Shown: piece after piece, positions 1 through 10,585 of the stretch
Layout: every line of letters starts with the position of its first letter
Numbering within the stretch: position 1 is the stretch's first letter
Assembly (NCBI GenBank): GCA_963725865.1
Contig: CAVSAC010000014.1
Location: 1,376,001 to 1,440,000 of the forward strand
Source: Candidatus Eiseniibacteriota bacterium
GTDB taxonomy: Bacteria; Eisenbacteria; RBG-16-71-46
Reading direction: 5' to 3'
DNA length: 64,000 nucleotides
The notes under the pieces: model-generated
What the model was told of the DNA's origin: nothing
What the model saw: the letters and a program-made list of their open reading frames with translations, nothing else
Database searches by the model: none
Translations under genes and position numbers: made by a program

Positions 1-2
1 CC

Positions 3-851
3 GGGCCGCACCCGGTGCTGGCGCACGTGACGTGCGGCGGCGACAGCGCGTTGCAGGCGCTCGCCGTGATGCAGAGCGTGGTGGCGACCGGCGCCATCCA
101 CGACTCCACCGAGGCGGAGCTGATCCAGCGCTTCCGCGTGCCGCAGGCGACGCGCGTGCGCTGGGTCGAGCTGGCATTCGGCGCGGTCGCCGCGCGCGTC
201 CCGTTCGCGCCCGGCTCGATCGCCATCCTCGACGCGGCGGGCGAGGAGGCGCCGCCCGCGGTGCTCGGGGCGCCGCTGGGGGCGGCGAGCCTCAAGCCGA
301 GCGGGCCCGAGATCCCGGTCTGGGACTCGCACTTCGGTCTCGACCTGAACATCACGCTGGAGCCCGGTCACGACTACTGGCTGTGGGTGGCGACGCGCCA
401 CTGCTACGGACTGTACGCGCGCGTGCGGACCGGCAGTGAGGGCGCGGACTTCACGGACGCGATCGGAGCGTTCTACGTCCGCGAGGACTCCACGCTGGCC
501 TGGGAGGCGGTGGCCGACCAGGCGCTGTGCTTCAAGCTGATCGGCGAGCCCACCGAGGTCGGCGGCGTGCCGCCGGGGGTGCCGCCCGCGAGCGGCTTCC
601 GGCTGCGCGTCGCGCCCAATCCAGTGCGCGACGCGGCGTGGGTGCGCTGGAGCGGCGCGAGCGGGCCGGTGCGGCTGGAGGTGCTCGACGCCCGTGGGCG
701 GCGCGTGGCCGCGGGCCGCGGCGCCGGCGACGCCTGGACGTGGCACATCGCGGATGCCGGCGGCCGCCCGCTGCCCGCCGGAGTATATTTCGTGCGCGCC
801 CGAGACGGCTCGGGGCGCACCGCGTCTGAGCGCGTGGTCGTCGTGCGCTGA
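3..851 (+). CDS. Secreted protein with C-terminal FlgD-Ig/T9SS type A sorting-like domain (5' end probably outside the window)
   Basis: The frame is open from the window edge. The C-terminus LRVAPNPVRD...VRLEVLDARGRRV...GRPLPAGVYFVR...SERVVVVR matches the PNP...GVYFVR CTD pattern. Confidence 0.75.
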   Translation, partial: GPHPVLAHVTCGGDSALQALAVMQSVVATGAIHDSTEAELIQRFRVPQATRVRWVELAFGAVAARVPFAPGSIAILDAAGEEAPPAVLGAPLGAASLKPSGPEIPVWDSHFGLDLNITLEPGHDYWLWVATRHCYGLYARVRTGSEGADFTDAIGAFYVREDSTLAWEAVADQALCFKLIGEPTEVGGVPPGVPPASGFRLRVAPNPVRDAAWVRWSGASGPVRLEVLDARGRRVAAGRGAGDAWTWHIADAGGRPLPAGVYFVRARDGSGRTASERVVVVR

Positions 852-931
852 CAGCGAACGGGCCCGGGCGAGCCGCCGCTCGGACGTCACGGCCCGACGA
901 GGGTGAGGCCGCCGGAAGAGGGAGAAGCGCG

Positions 932-1789
932 ATGCGCTGGCAGAACGAGCGACGCAGCGACAACGTCGAGGACCGCCGGGGCCTGCCGGCCGGGCGGCTG
1001 GCGCTCGGCGGCGGCGGAGCCGTGGTCGTGCTGATCCTCGCGCTGGTGTTCGGGGTGGACCCGCGCACGCTGCTCCAGCAGGTGCAGGAGGGCATGCCCG
1101 CCCAGACGCAGATGAGCACCGAGGCCCCCCCGACCGGCGCGGCGCAGGACGAGCTCGGTCAGTTCGTCTCGGTGGTGCTGGCCGAGACCGAGGACGTGTG
1201 GCACGAGCAGTTCCGCCGGCTCGGCCGCGAGTACCGCGAGCCCACGCTGGTGCTGTTCACCGACGAGGTGCAGTCGGCGTGCGGCAACGCGAGCGCGACG
1301 GTGGGCCCGTTCTACTGCGCGGAGGACGAGAAGGTCTACATCGACCTGGGCTTCTACGACCTGCTGCGGCAGCGCTTCCACGCGCCGGGGGACTTCGCGC
1401 AGGCCTACGTGATCGCGCACGAGATCGGACACCACGTCCAGAACCAGCTCGGCATCACCGACCGGGTGCATCGGCTGCGCGGCCGGGTGAGCGAGGCGGA
1501 GTACAACGACGCCTCGGTGCGGCTCGAGCTGCAGGCGGACTTCTACGCCGGCGTGTGGGCGCACGACACCCAGCGCATGAAGCAGGTGATCGAGGCGGGC
1601 GACATCGACGAGGCGCTGGCTGCCGCCACCGCGATCGGCGACGACCGCCTGCAGATGGAATCGCAGGGCTACGTGGTGCCGGACTCGTTCACGCACGGGA
1701 CGTCGGAGCAGCGCGCCCGCTGGTTCCGGCGCGGCTACGAGACCGGGGACATCCGCCAGGGGGACACGTTCAGCGCCGACCCGCTGTGA
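932..1789 (+). CDS. ypfJ: Neutral zinc metallopeptidase, YpfJ family
   Basis: MRW...RRSDNVEDRR N-terminus, one TM segment, SACG, GPFYC, AHEIGHHVQ (HEXXH), LELQAD, PDSFTHGTSEQR. RBS GAGGGAG upstream. Confidence 0.93.
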   Translation: MRWQNERRSDNVEDRRGLPAGRLALGGGGAVVVLILALVFGVDPRTLLQQVQEGMPAQTQMSTEAPPTGAAQDELGQFVSVVLAETEDVWHEQFRRLGREYREPTLVLFTDEVQSACGNASATVGPFYCAEDEKVYIDLGFYDLLRQRFHAPGDFAQAYVIAHEIGHHVQNQLGITDRVHRLRGRVSEAEYNDASVRLELQADFYAGVWAHDTQRMKQVIEAGDIDEALAAATAIGDDRLQMESQGYVVPDSFTHGTSEQRARWFRRGYETGDIRQGDTFSADPL

Positions 1790-1929
1790 CCCCGGGCTCC
1801 GCCACCACGCGCCGTCGCGCGGGGGCGCGCGCGTCAGGAACGCAGGCCGCTCGGACAGCCACGCGCGCGTCGGGTAGACTGCCCGCCGGCCTCGTCGTCG
1901 TGACCTCGTCCATCCGCAGGAGATCCGCC

Positions 1930-4816
1930 ATGTCCCCGCTCGTCCGCCGTGCGTTCCCGTGGATCGCCGCCCTGCTGCCGCTCGCGATCGTGGGTGCCAC
2001 CGCGGCCGCCGACGCGCCGGCGGCACCGTCCGCGCCGGCGCTGACCGACACGCTGCGCCTCGATCCGCGGGTACGCACCGGCGTGCTCCCGAACGGACTG
2101 CGCTACGTACATCCGCGCGAACCACAAGCCGGCGGCGCGCGTGGCACTGCGGCTGGCCGTGGACGCGGGCTCGAACCTCGAGGCCGACGACCAGCGCGGG
2201 CTCGCGCACTTCGCCGAGCACATGAACTTCAACGGCTCCGCGCACTTCAGGCCCGAGGAGCTGGTCGCCTACCTGCAGTCGGTCGGACTGCGCTTCGGCG
2301 CCGACGCCAACGCCAGCACCTCGTTCGACGAGACGGTCTACCTGCTGGAGGTGCCGACCGACCGCGACACGCTGCTCGATCGCGGGCTCACGGCGCTCGC
2401 GGACTTCGCGGGCGGGGCGACGCTCACCGACGCGGAGATCGAGAAGGAACGCGGGGTGGTGCTCGAGGAATGGCGGCTCGGGCGCGGCGCCGGCGAGCGC
2501 ATCGCGCGCCGGCACCTTCCGGTGCTCTACCGCGGCTCGCGCTACGCGGAGCGCCTGCCGATCGGATTGCCGGAGGTGATCGAGAAGGGCCCGGCCGCGC
2601 GGCTGCGCGACTTCTACCGCGACTGGTACACGCCCGACCGGATGGCGGTGATCGCGGTCGGCGACATCGACCCGGCCCGCATGGACAGCCTGATCCACGT
2701 GCACTTCGGCGGGCTCGCGCGCCCGCCGGCGCCACGCGCCACGCCGCGATTCGACGTCCCGCCCCAGGCCGGCACACTGATCTCGATCGCCACCGATCCG
2801 GAGGCGACCGGCTCGCGGATCGCGCTCGTGTACAAGGGCCCGCGCGAGCCCGAGGTCACCGCGGGCGACTACCGCCGCGACATGGTGGTCCAGCTCTATT
2901 CCACCATGCTGAACTTGCGCTTCTCGGACATCGCGCGCCGTGCGGATCCGCCGTTCCTGGGGGCGTACGGCAATCGCAGCCCGATCGCGCGGACCGCCGA
3001 GGCGTGGCAGCTGGGCGCGAGCGTCAAGGATGGCGGCATCGAGACCGGGCTCGCCGCGCTGCTCGAGGAGGCGGCGCGCGTGCGCCGCCACGGCTTCCTC
3101 GCCAGCGAGCTGGAGCGCGCCAAGGAGCGCCTGCGCGTCGGGATCGAGCGGGCGTACGCCGAGCGCGACAAGTCCGAGAGCGACTCCTTCGCCGACGAGT
3201 ACGTGGCGAACGCGCTCAGCGGCGAGCCTGCGCCCGGCATCGAGACCGAGTACGCGCTCAGTCGCTCGCTGCTGGCCGGGATCACGCTCGAGGAGGTGAA
3301 CGCGCTCACCCCGGCGCTGATGCGCGACGACGGGCGCGTGGTGCTGGTCTCGGCGCCCGCCCGGGCGGGCGTCGCGGTGCCGACCGAGGCCGCGCTGCGC
3401 GCGACCCTCGAGCGCGCGGACTCGCTGGCGCCCGCGGCGTGGGTCGATTCGACGGCGAAGACGCCGCTCATGACGGTGCGTCCCAGACCGGGGACGGTGA
3501 AGGCGCGGCTGAAGGTCGCCGAGATCGGCGCCACCGTGCTGACGCTCTCGAACGGAGTCAAGGTGTGGCTCAAGCCGACCGATTTCAAGGCGGACGAGAT
3601 CCTGTTCAGCGCGTTCGCGCCCGGCGGGCTGTCGGTCGCGGACTCCGCCGACTTCACGACCGCGTGGATGATCTCCGGGGTGCTGCGCGAAGCTGGCCTG
3701 GGCGGGAAGCGCGCGACCGAGCTCCAGAAGCTGCTCGCCGGGCGCGTCGCGGGTGCGGGCGCGTCGTACGGCCTCTACTCGCAGTCCGTCGGCGGCAGCG
3801 CGCGGCCGGCCGACCTCGAGACCGCCCTGCAACTGGTGTACCTGATCTTCACCGCTCCCACGCGCGATCCCGACGCGTTCGCCGCGCTCCAGCAGCGCTA
3901 TCGCGCCTTCGTCGCCGATCGCGCGAACAATCCGGAGCAGGTGTTCGGCGACACCCTCAACGCGGTGAACAGCGGCGGCTTCTACATGACGCGCACGCCG
4001 ACCGCGGAGGAGGTCGAGGCGGTCGATCTCGATCGCGTCCTGGCGTTCCATCGCGCGCGGTTCGCGAACGCGGCCGACTTCACGTTCGCCTTCGCCGGGA
4101 ACTTCGACGTGGACTCCATCGCACCGCTGCTCGCCCGCTACCTCGGCGCGCTGCCGTCGCAGGGCCGCCGCACGTCGACGTTCCCCGCCCGCGGCCCGCG
4201 CTTCCCGGCGGGCACGCCGGTTGTCCAGGTGCGCAAGGGCATCGAGCCGAAGAGCAGCACCCGGATCACGTTCTTCACCACCGGTGAGCCGCTCGAGGAG
4301 CTCGATCTGCACCGCGCGCGCGCCTGCGCGTCGATCCTCACCGACCACCTGCGACAGTCCCTGCGGGAGCGGCTCAGCGGCACCTACGGCGCTTCGGCGT
4401 CGTTCTCGACGCTCGCGCCGCTGCCGGGCTTCGCGACGATGAGCGTGGCGTTCGGCTGCGATCCCGAGCGCGTGGACTCGCTGGTCGCGACCACGCTCGC
4501 CGAGATCCGCGCGCTGCGCGAGAACGGTCCGTCCGCCGCCGACGTGCAGAAGGACCAGGAGATCGAGCGCCGCGAGCTCGAGGTCTCGCTGCAGCAGAAT
4601 TCGTTCTGGACCGGGGCGATCCTGACGGCGCTCCAGCTCGGCATCGATCCGCGGCGCATCGCGCATCGCCGCGAGCGGATCGAGGCGCTCACGCCCGAGG
4701 CGCTGCACGCGACCTATCGCAAGTACTTCCCGCTCGACCGCTATTCGGTCGTCACGCTGCTGCCCCAGGCCGCCGATGCGGCGACGGGGTCAGGAGTCGC
4801 GCCGAAGTCGCACTAG
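1930..4816 (+). CDS. pqqL: M16 family insulinase-like zinc peptidase (PqqL-like) with signal peptide; frameshifted by one extra G at 2107
   Basis: ATG 1930 after GCAGGAG gives a signal peptide and LDPRVRTGVLPNGLRY. Removing G2107 gives YIRANHKP joined to the 2141-4816 ORF with GLAHFAEHM (HXXEH), NASTSFDETVY and TLSNGVKVWLKPTDFKADEI. Confidence 0.88.
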
Positions 4817-4941
4817 GATCCCGGCGCGCGGCACTGCGCGAGCGACGGCGTCCGACCTTCAGTTCCCGGTCGCGCGGCCGATAACCTCCCTCGGGGACGT
4901 GTCTGGTGGTCCCGGCATGCCACGAGGGAGCGTGGCCGCGC

Positions 4942-6051
4942 ATGCCCATCGCGAAGATCAGGAAGATCGCAATCAGCACCGGGGGCGGCGACGCCCCCGG
5001 GCTGAACGCCGTGATTCGCGCGGTGGTGCTGGCCTCGATCCAGCGCGGCTGGGAGTGCCACGGCATCCGCGAGGGCTACAACGGACTGCTGGCGCCCGAG
5101 CAGTTTCCCCAGGGCGGCGTCATCCACCTCACGAGCGAGTCGGTGTCGGGCATCACCCACCTGGGCGGCACCATCCTCGGCACCACCAACCGCGGCAACC
5201 CGCTTCGGTTCCCGATCCAGCAACCGGACGGCTCGTTCATCGAGGTGGACCGCGGCGACGAGCTGGTCGAGCGCTTCGCGCAGGCCGGCATCGACGCGCT
5301 GGTCACGGTCGGCGGCGACGGCTCGCTCTCGATCGGCTACGCGCTCGCCCAGAAGGGCCTGCGCGTGGTGGGCGTGCCCAAGACCATCGACAACGACCTC
5401 GACAAGACGCTCATGACGTTCGGCTTCGACACCGCGGTGTCGTTCGCGACCGAATGCCTCGACCGGCTGCACACCACCGCGAGCTCGCACCGCCGCATCA
5501 TGGTGGTCGAGGTGATGGGCCGCTACGCCGGCTGGATCGCGCTGCATGCCGGCATCGCCGGCAACGCCGACGTCATCCTGATCCCCGAGATCCCGTACCA
5601 CATCGAGAAGGTCGCCGAGGTCATCCGCGGCCGCGAGCGCAACGGCCGCGGCTACACCGTGGTCGTGGTCGCGGAAGGTGCGCGCCCGGTCGGCGGCGAC
5701 GTGTCGGTGCTCGGCAAGGAGGTCGGGCGGGCCGAGAAGCTCGGCGGGGTCGGCGAGAAAGTCGCGCACCAGCTGCAGGAGCTGACCGGCAAGGAGTCGC
5801 GCACCGTGGTGCTCGGCCATCTGCTGCGGGGCGGCTCGCCCACCAGCTTCGACCGACTGGTCGCGCTGCGCTTCGGCGCCGCCGCGGTGCGGGCGCTCGA
5901 CGAGGGCCAGTCCGCGGTGATGGTCTCGCTCGCTCCGCCCACCGTGCGCTACGAGCCGCTGAAGGCCGCGGTGCGGCGCATGAAGACGGTGGCGCTCGAC
6001 AGCGACACGGTCGAGACCGCGCGCGACATCGGCATCAGCTTCGGCGACTGA
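4942..6051 (+). CDS. pfkA: 6-phosphofructokinase (mixed-substrate group III type, probably ATP-dependent)
   Basis: STGGGDAPGLNAVIR, GGTILGT, GGDGS, PKTIDND, EVMGRYAGW, LGHLLRGG. Confidence 0.93.
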   Translation: MPIAKIRKIAISTGGGDAPGLNAVIRAVVLASIQRGWECHGIREGYNGLLAPEQFPQGGVIHLTSESVSGITHLGGTILGTTNRGNPLRFPIQQPDGSFIEVDRGDELVERFAQAGIDALVTVGGDGSLSIGYALAQKGLRVVGVPKTIDNDLDKTLMTFGFDTAVSFATECLDRLHTTASSHRRIMVVEVMGRYAGWIALHAGIAGNADVILIPEIPYHIEKVAEVIRGRERNGRGYTVVVVAEGARPVGGDVSVLGKEVGRAEKLGGVGEKVAHQLQELTGKESRTVVLGHLLRGGSPTSFDRLVALRFGAAAVRALDEGQSAVMVSLAPPTVRYEPLKAAVRRMKTVALDSDTVETARDIGISFGD

Positions 6052-6214
6052 CCGCCCGCGCGCGGTCGTTCCGCGGGCCCGCGCGGTGTACGCCGCCCTT
6101 GCCGGTGCCCGCGCACGGGTCCATCATCCCCGCGACTTTCCGCCTCACACGCATCGCCGGATCGCCCGTGCGCGGGATCCGCCGGGAGCGATGCCCGTCG
6201 CAGGAGTGGTTGCC

Positions 6215-6973
6215 ATGCGCTGCGCGTCGCTGCGATTCGTCCTGCTCGTGCTGCCGCTGCTGGCCGGTCCGCCGCCGGCCCGCGCGGCGGACGCGCCGCC
6301 ACCGTGGTGGGTGTGCGGGGCACTCGGTCTCACCGACATGACGCCCTCCGGACTGCGCGGCTGGTCGGCCAGCGAACGGCGTCACGTCGAGGCGGTGCTC
6401 GCCACCGCGGGCTGGCGGGACGACCTGTCGCCCGGGACCACGCCGCGCATCGAGCTCGGTGCGCGCGCCGGCCCCCGCTGGACGGTGGCGATGTCGGCCG
6501 AGGGCAGCGGCAGCGACGTCGAGCACCTGGCGCTGGGCGGGACGGCGCCGTGGCTCGGATGGGACACCATCCTGAAGACCACGTTCACCGGGTACGCCGT
6601 GCACGCCGCCTACTGGCCGCGCGCGGTGCCGGGCGGTTACGGGGGCGTCAGCGTCGGGCACGGAACGGCGAGGGTCACGATCCACGGCGGCGGGCGGCTC
6701 GATCCCTCCGACGCCAACGCGAGCGAGGCGGTCGAGGCCCGCTGGCGCGGTTCGGTCTGGACCTGGAGCGCGTACGTGGGCTGGCAGCCGGCCTACGCCG
6801 AGAATCCGCGCTTCGACCTGCGGCTCGGCTGGCACCAGCGTGACGCCGGTGATTCGGCGGACGGCAGCTCGCGCAGCGCCACGCTCCGCGACTTCGAGGG
6901 CGCGGTCGTGCCGCTCGATTTCAGCGGACCGTTCGTGAGCCTGGGCTTCGTGTACGCGGGAGCGTCGCGATGA
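6215..6973 (+). CDS. Secreted hypothetical protein, probable outer-membrane beta-barrel
   Basis: CAGGAG RBS, signal peptide (…PPPARA), alternating beta-strand patterns, C-terminal DFSGPFVSLGFVY. Confidence 0.6.
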   Translation: MRCASLRFVLLVLPLLAGPPPARAADAPPPWWVCGALGLTDMTPSGLRGWSASERRHVEAVLATAGWRDDLSPGTTPRIELGARAGPRWTVAMSAEGSGSDVEHLALGGTAPWLGWDTILKTTFTGYAVHAAYWPRAVPGGYGGVSVGHGTARVTIHGGGRLDPSDANASEAVEARWRGSVWTWSAYVGWQPAYAENPRFDLRLGWHQRDAGDSADGSSRSATLRDFEGAVVPLDFSGPFVSLGFVYAGASR

Positions 6974-7464
6974 GCGCGCGCCGGCTGGGAGCGATCGCCG
7001 CCGGCGCCGCGCTCGCGCTCGCAGCCGCCTCGCCCGCCGCCGCGAGCCTGCGGCTGGAGGCCGGCGTGGTGGTGATGCGCGAGGACCGCCCGGCCGATCG
7101 CGAGCTGATCGGTCCGACGCTGACGTTCGTGACACCGTCCGACAACTGGCTCGCGTTCGAGGCGCGGCTCGAGATGGCGCGTCAGCAGCGCGACGACATC
7201 GCGGGCGCCACCGTCGGGATGCGGGTCGGGCCCACGCGGGGGCGGCTGAGACCGTTCGCCGACGTCATGGTGGGCCTGGCGGTCGGCCGTCTGGACTTCG
7301 CCGGCTCGCTCTCCGCCTACGGTGTGGGGGCGGACCTCGACCTGACGCGCCGGGTCGGGATGTTCGTGCACGCGAGCAGCCTGAACAGCGCGAACTTCGA
7401 GTACGATGGCCACCTCGCCCAATACCGGGTCGGGATCATGCTGCAACGGCCGCCACACCACTGA
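6970..7464 (+). CDS. Small secreted protein, probable 8-stranded OMP beta-barrel
   Basis: ATGA overlap with the upstream gene, signal peptide, LRPFADVMVG / YGVGADLDL / QYRVGIML strand motifs. Confidence 0.6.
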   Translation: MSARRLGAIAAGAALALAAASPAAASLRLEAGVVVMREDRPADRELIGPTLTFVTPSDNWLAFEARLEMARQQRDDIAGATVGMRVGPTRGRLRPFADVMVGLAVGRLDFAGSLSAYGVGADLDLTRRVGMFVHASSLNSANFEYDGHLAQYRVGIMLQRPPHH

Positions 7465-7490
7465 CGGCGCCCGTGAACGAGGAGGCCCGC

Positions 7491-7835
7491 GTGTCCGACT
7501 GCATCTTCTGCCGCATCGCCTCGGGGAGCATCCCCAGCACCAAGGTCGCCGACAGCGAGCACGTGCTCGCGTTCCGCGACCTGAATCCGCAGGCGCCCAC
7601 GCACGTGCTGCTGATCCCCAAGACGCACGTGGCCGACTCCGCCGCCGGATTGGGCCCGGCGCAGGCCGCGCTGCTGGGCGAGTTGTTCGCGCTCGCGGCG
7701 CAGGTGGCGCGCGAGGAGCAGCTCGAGCGCGGCTGGCGCCTGGTCACCAACGTCGGCGATCACGCGGGCCAGTCGGTCCCGCACCTGCACTTCCACCTGC
7801 TCGGCGGCCGCCCGATGCAGTGGCCGCCGGGCTGA
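7491..7835 (+). CDS. Histidine triad (HIT) nucleotide-binding protein, HinT-like
   Basis: GAGGAGG RBS then GTG. DCIFCRI, FRDLNPQAPTHVL, GQSVPHLHFHLLGGR, WPPG. Confidence 0.93.
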   Translation: MSDCIFCRIASGSIPSTKVADSEHVLAFRDLNPQAPTHVLLIPKTHVADSAAGLGPAQAALLGELFALAAQVAREEQLERGWRLVTNVGDHAGQSVPHLHFHLLGGRPMQWPPG

Positions 7836-7979
7836 GCGGCGCGGCGCGGACCACGGGCCGCAGGCGATCGCGCGGCGGCATGCGGGCTGGCTCCCGTGGC
7901 GGTTCGGCGCTGGACCGCGTCGCCCGCGGACGCTAACCTCGCGCGCTCCGGCCGAACTTCCATCCCCGAGGACTCCCGC

Positions 7980-9344
7980 ATGTCACGCGAACTCCTGTCC
8001 GATGCGGCCGCCCGCGCCACCCGCTACTTGGACGGCCTCGCCACCCGCTCCGTGCGCCCGGATCCCGCCGCCGTCGCCGGCCTGCGGGCCTGGGACACGC
8101 CGATGCCCGACGAGCCCGCCGACCCGCGCGAAGTGCTGCGCCTGCTCGACGAGGTGGGCTCGCCGGCCACCATGGCGATGGCGGGTCCGCGCTTCTTCGG
8201 ATTCGTGATCGGCAGCGCGCTGCCCGCCACGGTGGCGGCGAACTGGCTCGCCACCGCGTGGGACCAGAACACCGGGCTGCACGCCGTCACCCCGGCGACC
8301 GCCGAGCTGGAGCGCATCGCGCTGCGCTGGCTGCTCGACGTGCTCGGCCTGCCGTCCGACTGCGGCGGCGCGTTCGTGACCGGCGCCACGGTCGCCAACC
8401 TCACCGCGCTCGCGACCGCGCGCCACGCGGTGCTCGAGCGCGCGGGCTGGGACGTCGAGGCCGACGGGCTGTTCGGCGCGCCGCCCATCACGGTGGTGGT
8501 CGGCGACGAGGTGCACCCGACGCTGACCAAGTCGCTCGGCGTGCTGGGGCTCGGACGCTCGCGCGTGGTGCGGGTGCCGGTCGACGGACAGGGGCGCATG
8601 CGCGCCGACGCGTTCCCGCGTCTCGCGGGCCCCGCGATCGTGTGCCTGCAGGCCGGCAACGTGAACACCGGCGCCTTCGATCCGATGGCCGAGCTGATCC
8701 CGCGCGCACACGAGGCGGGCGCATGGGTCCACGTGGACGGCGCGTTCGGGCTGTGGGCGGCCGTGGTGCCGGGGCGCCGCGCGCTGCTCGCGGGGGTCGC
8801 CGAGGCCGACTCGTGGGCGACCGACGCGCACAAGTGGCTCAACGTGCCGTACGACTGCGGGCTCGCGTTCGTGCGCGACGCCAAGGCGCTCGGCGCGGCG
8901 ATGAGCGTGCGGGCCTCCTACCTGCCGACCGGCGCGCCGCGCGATCCGGCCGAGTACACGCCCGAGCTGTCGCGGCGCGCGCGCGGGGTCGAGGTGTGGA
9001 CCGCGCTGCGCACGCTCGGCCGCCGCGGCCTGACCGAGATGATCGATCGCAACTGCCGCCAGGCCTCGCGCTTCGCGCAGGGCCTGCGTGCGGCCGGCTT
9101 CGAGGTGCTGAACGACGTCGTGCTCAACCAGGTGCTGGTCTCCTTCGGCGAGCCCGACGCCACCGAGCGCGTGGTCGAGGCGATCCAGGCGGACGGGACC
9201 TGTTGGTGCGGGCGCACCGAGTGGCAGGGGCGCACGGCCATGCGCATCAGCGTGTGCTCGTGGGCCACCACCGATGCGGACGTCGAGCGGAGCCTCGCCG
9301 TGATGCTGAAGGCCGCGGAGCAGGTGGGCGCACGCGTCCGCTGA
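7980..9344 (+). CDS. PLP-dependent group II amino acid decarboxylase
   Basis: RFFGFV, VTGATVAN, AGNVNTGAFD, WVHVDGAFG, DAHKWLNVP (PLP lysine), PELSRRARG. Confidence 0.9.
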   Translation: MSRELLSDAAARATRYLDGLATRSVRPDPAAVAGLRAWDTPMPDEPADPREVLRLLDEVGSPATMAMAGPRFFGFVIGSALPATVAANWLATAWDQNTGLHAVTPATAELERIALRWLLDVLGLPSDCGGAFVTGATVANLTALATARHAVLERAGWDVEADGLFGAPPITVVVGDEVHPTLTKSLGVLGLGRSRVVRVPVDGQGRMRADAFPRLAGPAIVCLQAGNVNTGAFDPMAELIPRAHEAGAWVHVDGAFGLWAAVVPGRRALLAGVAEADSWATDAHKWLNVPYDCGLAFVRDAKALGAAMSVRASYLPTGAPRDPAEYTPELSRRARGVEVWTALRTLGRRGLTEMIDRNCRQASRFAQGLRAAGFEVLNDVVLNQVLVSFGEPDATERVVEAIQADGTCWCGRTEWQGRTAMRISVCSWATTDADVERSLAVMLKAAEQVGARVR

Positions 9345-9389
9345 GCGCCGGCGGGCGCGCTCGCGCCGTCGGCTCGCGCGGTCGCCGTC

Positions 9390-10550
9390 TCAGCGCCGGC
9401 GCGGCGCCTCGAGCGTGAACGCCGCGGCGGGCTGCCCGACGAAGTGCGCCGGGGTCGCCGGCGCCGTGGTGCCGAGCCCGATCTCCGCGGCGGGCAGCGG
9501 GGGAGCGGCGATCGAGGTGGAATAGGCGAGCGGGTGCCCGACCACGATCTGCTCGTTCGCGAGCGCGAGCTGGTCGAGCAGCAGCAGCCCGAACGGCAGC
9601 GCGAAGCGGCCGCACCACGTGAGCCGGTAGTCGTCCGGATGCCGCGGATCGACGAAGGTGCCGAACAGCGCGCGCACCTTCGCGCGCGTGAGCGGGCCGG
9701 CGAGCGGGCCGGTGAGCAGGGCGCGGTCGCGGGCGACCGCGCGGCGGTAGGCCTGCGGGCCGTCGGCGCCGAACGGCGTGTGCTTGAAGTCCGCGCCGTA
9801 GTGCACCGCGTCGCTCGAGATCGCGATCGCGACGTCGCGGCCCAGCACCCAGCCGCGGTCGTGCAGCACGTCGGTGAGCGCGGCGCCGAGATGCCGGGCG
9901 AGCGCCTCGAAGCGCTCGAACGAGGCGGCCGGCACCAGGATCGGCACGATCTCGAGATCGCTCCGCTGGTGCCGGAGCCAGAACACCAGCGCCTCGACCG
10001 AGTGCTCGCCGGCCTGCATCCCCGAGTCGACCAGCACGTCTTCTTCGGCGAGGCGGTCGAGCAGATCGGTCCGCAGCGGCGACACCGGCACCGGCCCGTC
10101 GGGCGCCGCCCACGCGCGATACGACTCGAACACCAGCCGGTCGCGCACGCCGGCCTTGCGATAGCCGTGGAACACACCGATCACGATCACCGTGCGCGCC
10201 GTGATGAGGGGCAGCGCGCGCCGGTACACGCGCGCCGCGTACGCGTAGTCGTCGTGCGGGGCGAGCACCGCCGCGACTCCCGGCGCCGGCGCCGGGCCGA
10301 GCGAGTCGGGGGCGGGCGGCAGCGTGGACCACTCCCAGACCCGCGCCATCTGATCGGCGCGCACCGCGTACCCCACGCTGTCGCGCTGGCTGCGGAAGTC
10401 CTGGCTGCGGGACGGGCGCTCGTCCGGGCCGGGCATGTCCGGGAGCGCGGGGAGGCTGCCGGAGGCGGGCGGGGTCTGGGCGCGCGCGATGGCGGGTGCC
10501 GCGCCGGCGAGCGCGAGCGCGAGTGCCCAGGCAGCGAGTCGGCGGAGCAT
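9390..10550 (-). CDS. MEMO1/AmmeMemoRadiSam protein B-like dioxygenase-fold protein with N-terminal signal peptide
   Basis: LAPHDDYAYAA, IGVFH, GEHSVEAL, AISSDAVHYG and TWCG correspond to the MEMO1 motifs PHAGY/GPSH/EHS/SSDxxH/TMCG. Confidence 0.8.
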   Translation of the reverse strand: MLRRLAAWALALALAGAAPAIARAQTPPASGSLPALPDMPGPDERPSRSQDFRSQRDSVGYAVRADQMARVWEWSTLPPAPDSLGPAPAPGVAAVLAPHDDYAYAARVYRRALPLITARTVIVIGVFHGYRKAGVRDRLVFESYRAWAAPDGPVPVSPLRTDLLDRLAEEDVLVDSGMQAGEHSVEALVFWLRHQRSDLEIVPILVPAASFERFEALARHLGAALTDVLHDRGWVLGRDVAIAISSDAVHYGADFKHTPFGADGPQAYRRAVARDRALLTGPLAGPLTRAKVRALFGTFVDPRHPDDYRLTWCGRFALPFGLLLLDQLALANEQIVVGHPLAYSTSIAAPPLPAAEIGLGTTAPATPAHFVGQPAAAFTLEAPRRR

Positions 10551-10585
10551 GCGGGATCCTCTCGGTCGGCGGGGTGCGATCCCGC

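Noticed and set aside
887..4708. Very long antisense/alternate-frame ORFs (e.g. 887-4708, 13905-16736, 35698-38889, 51375-54170)
   Set aside because: These are shadow ORFs caused by high GC3 codon bias. They are Arg/Ala/Gly-rich with no motifs and overlap clearly recognisable genes.
4942..6051. PPi-dependent phosphofructokinase
   Set aside because: It has GGDGS rather than GGDD, which favours ATP use despite PKTIDND. Specificity cannot be settled without an assay.
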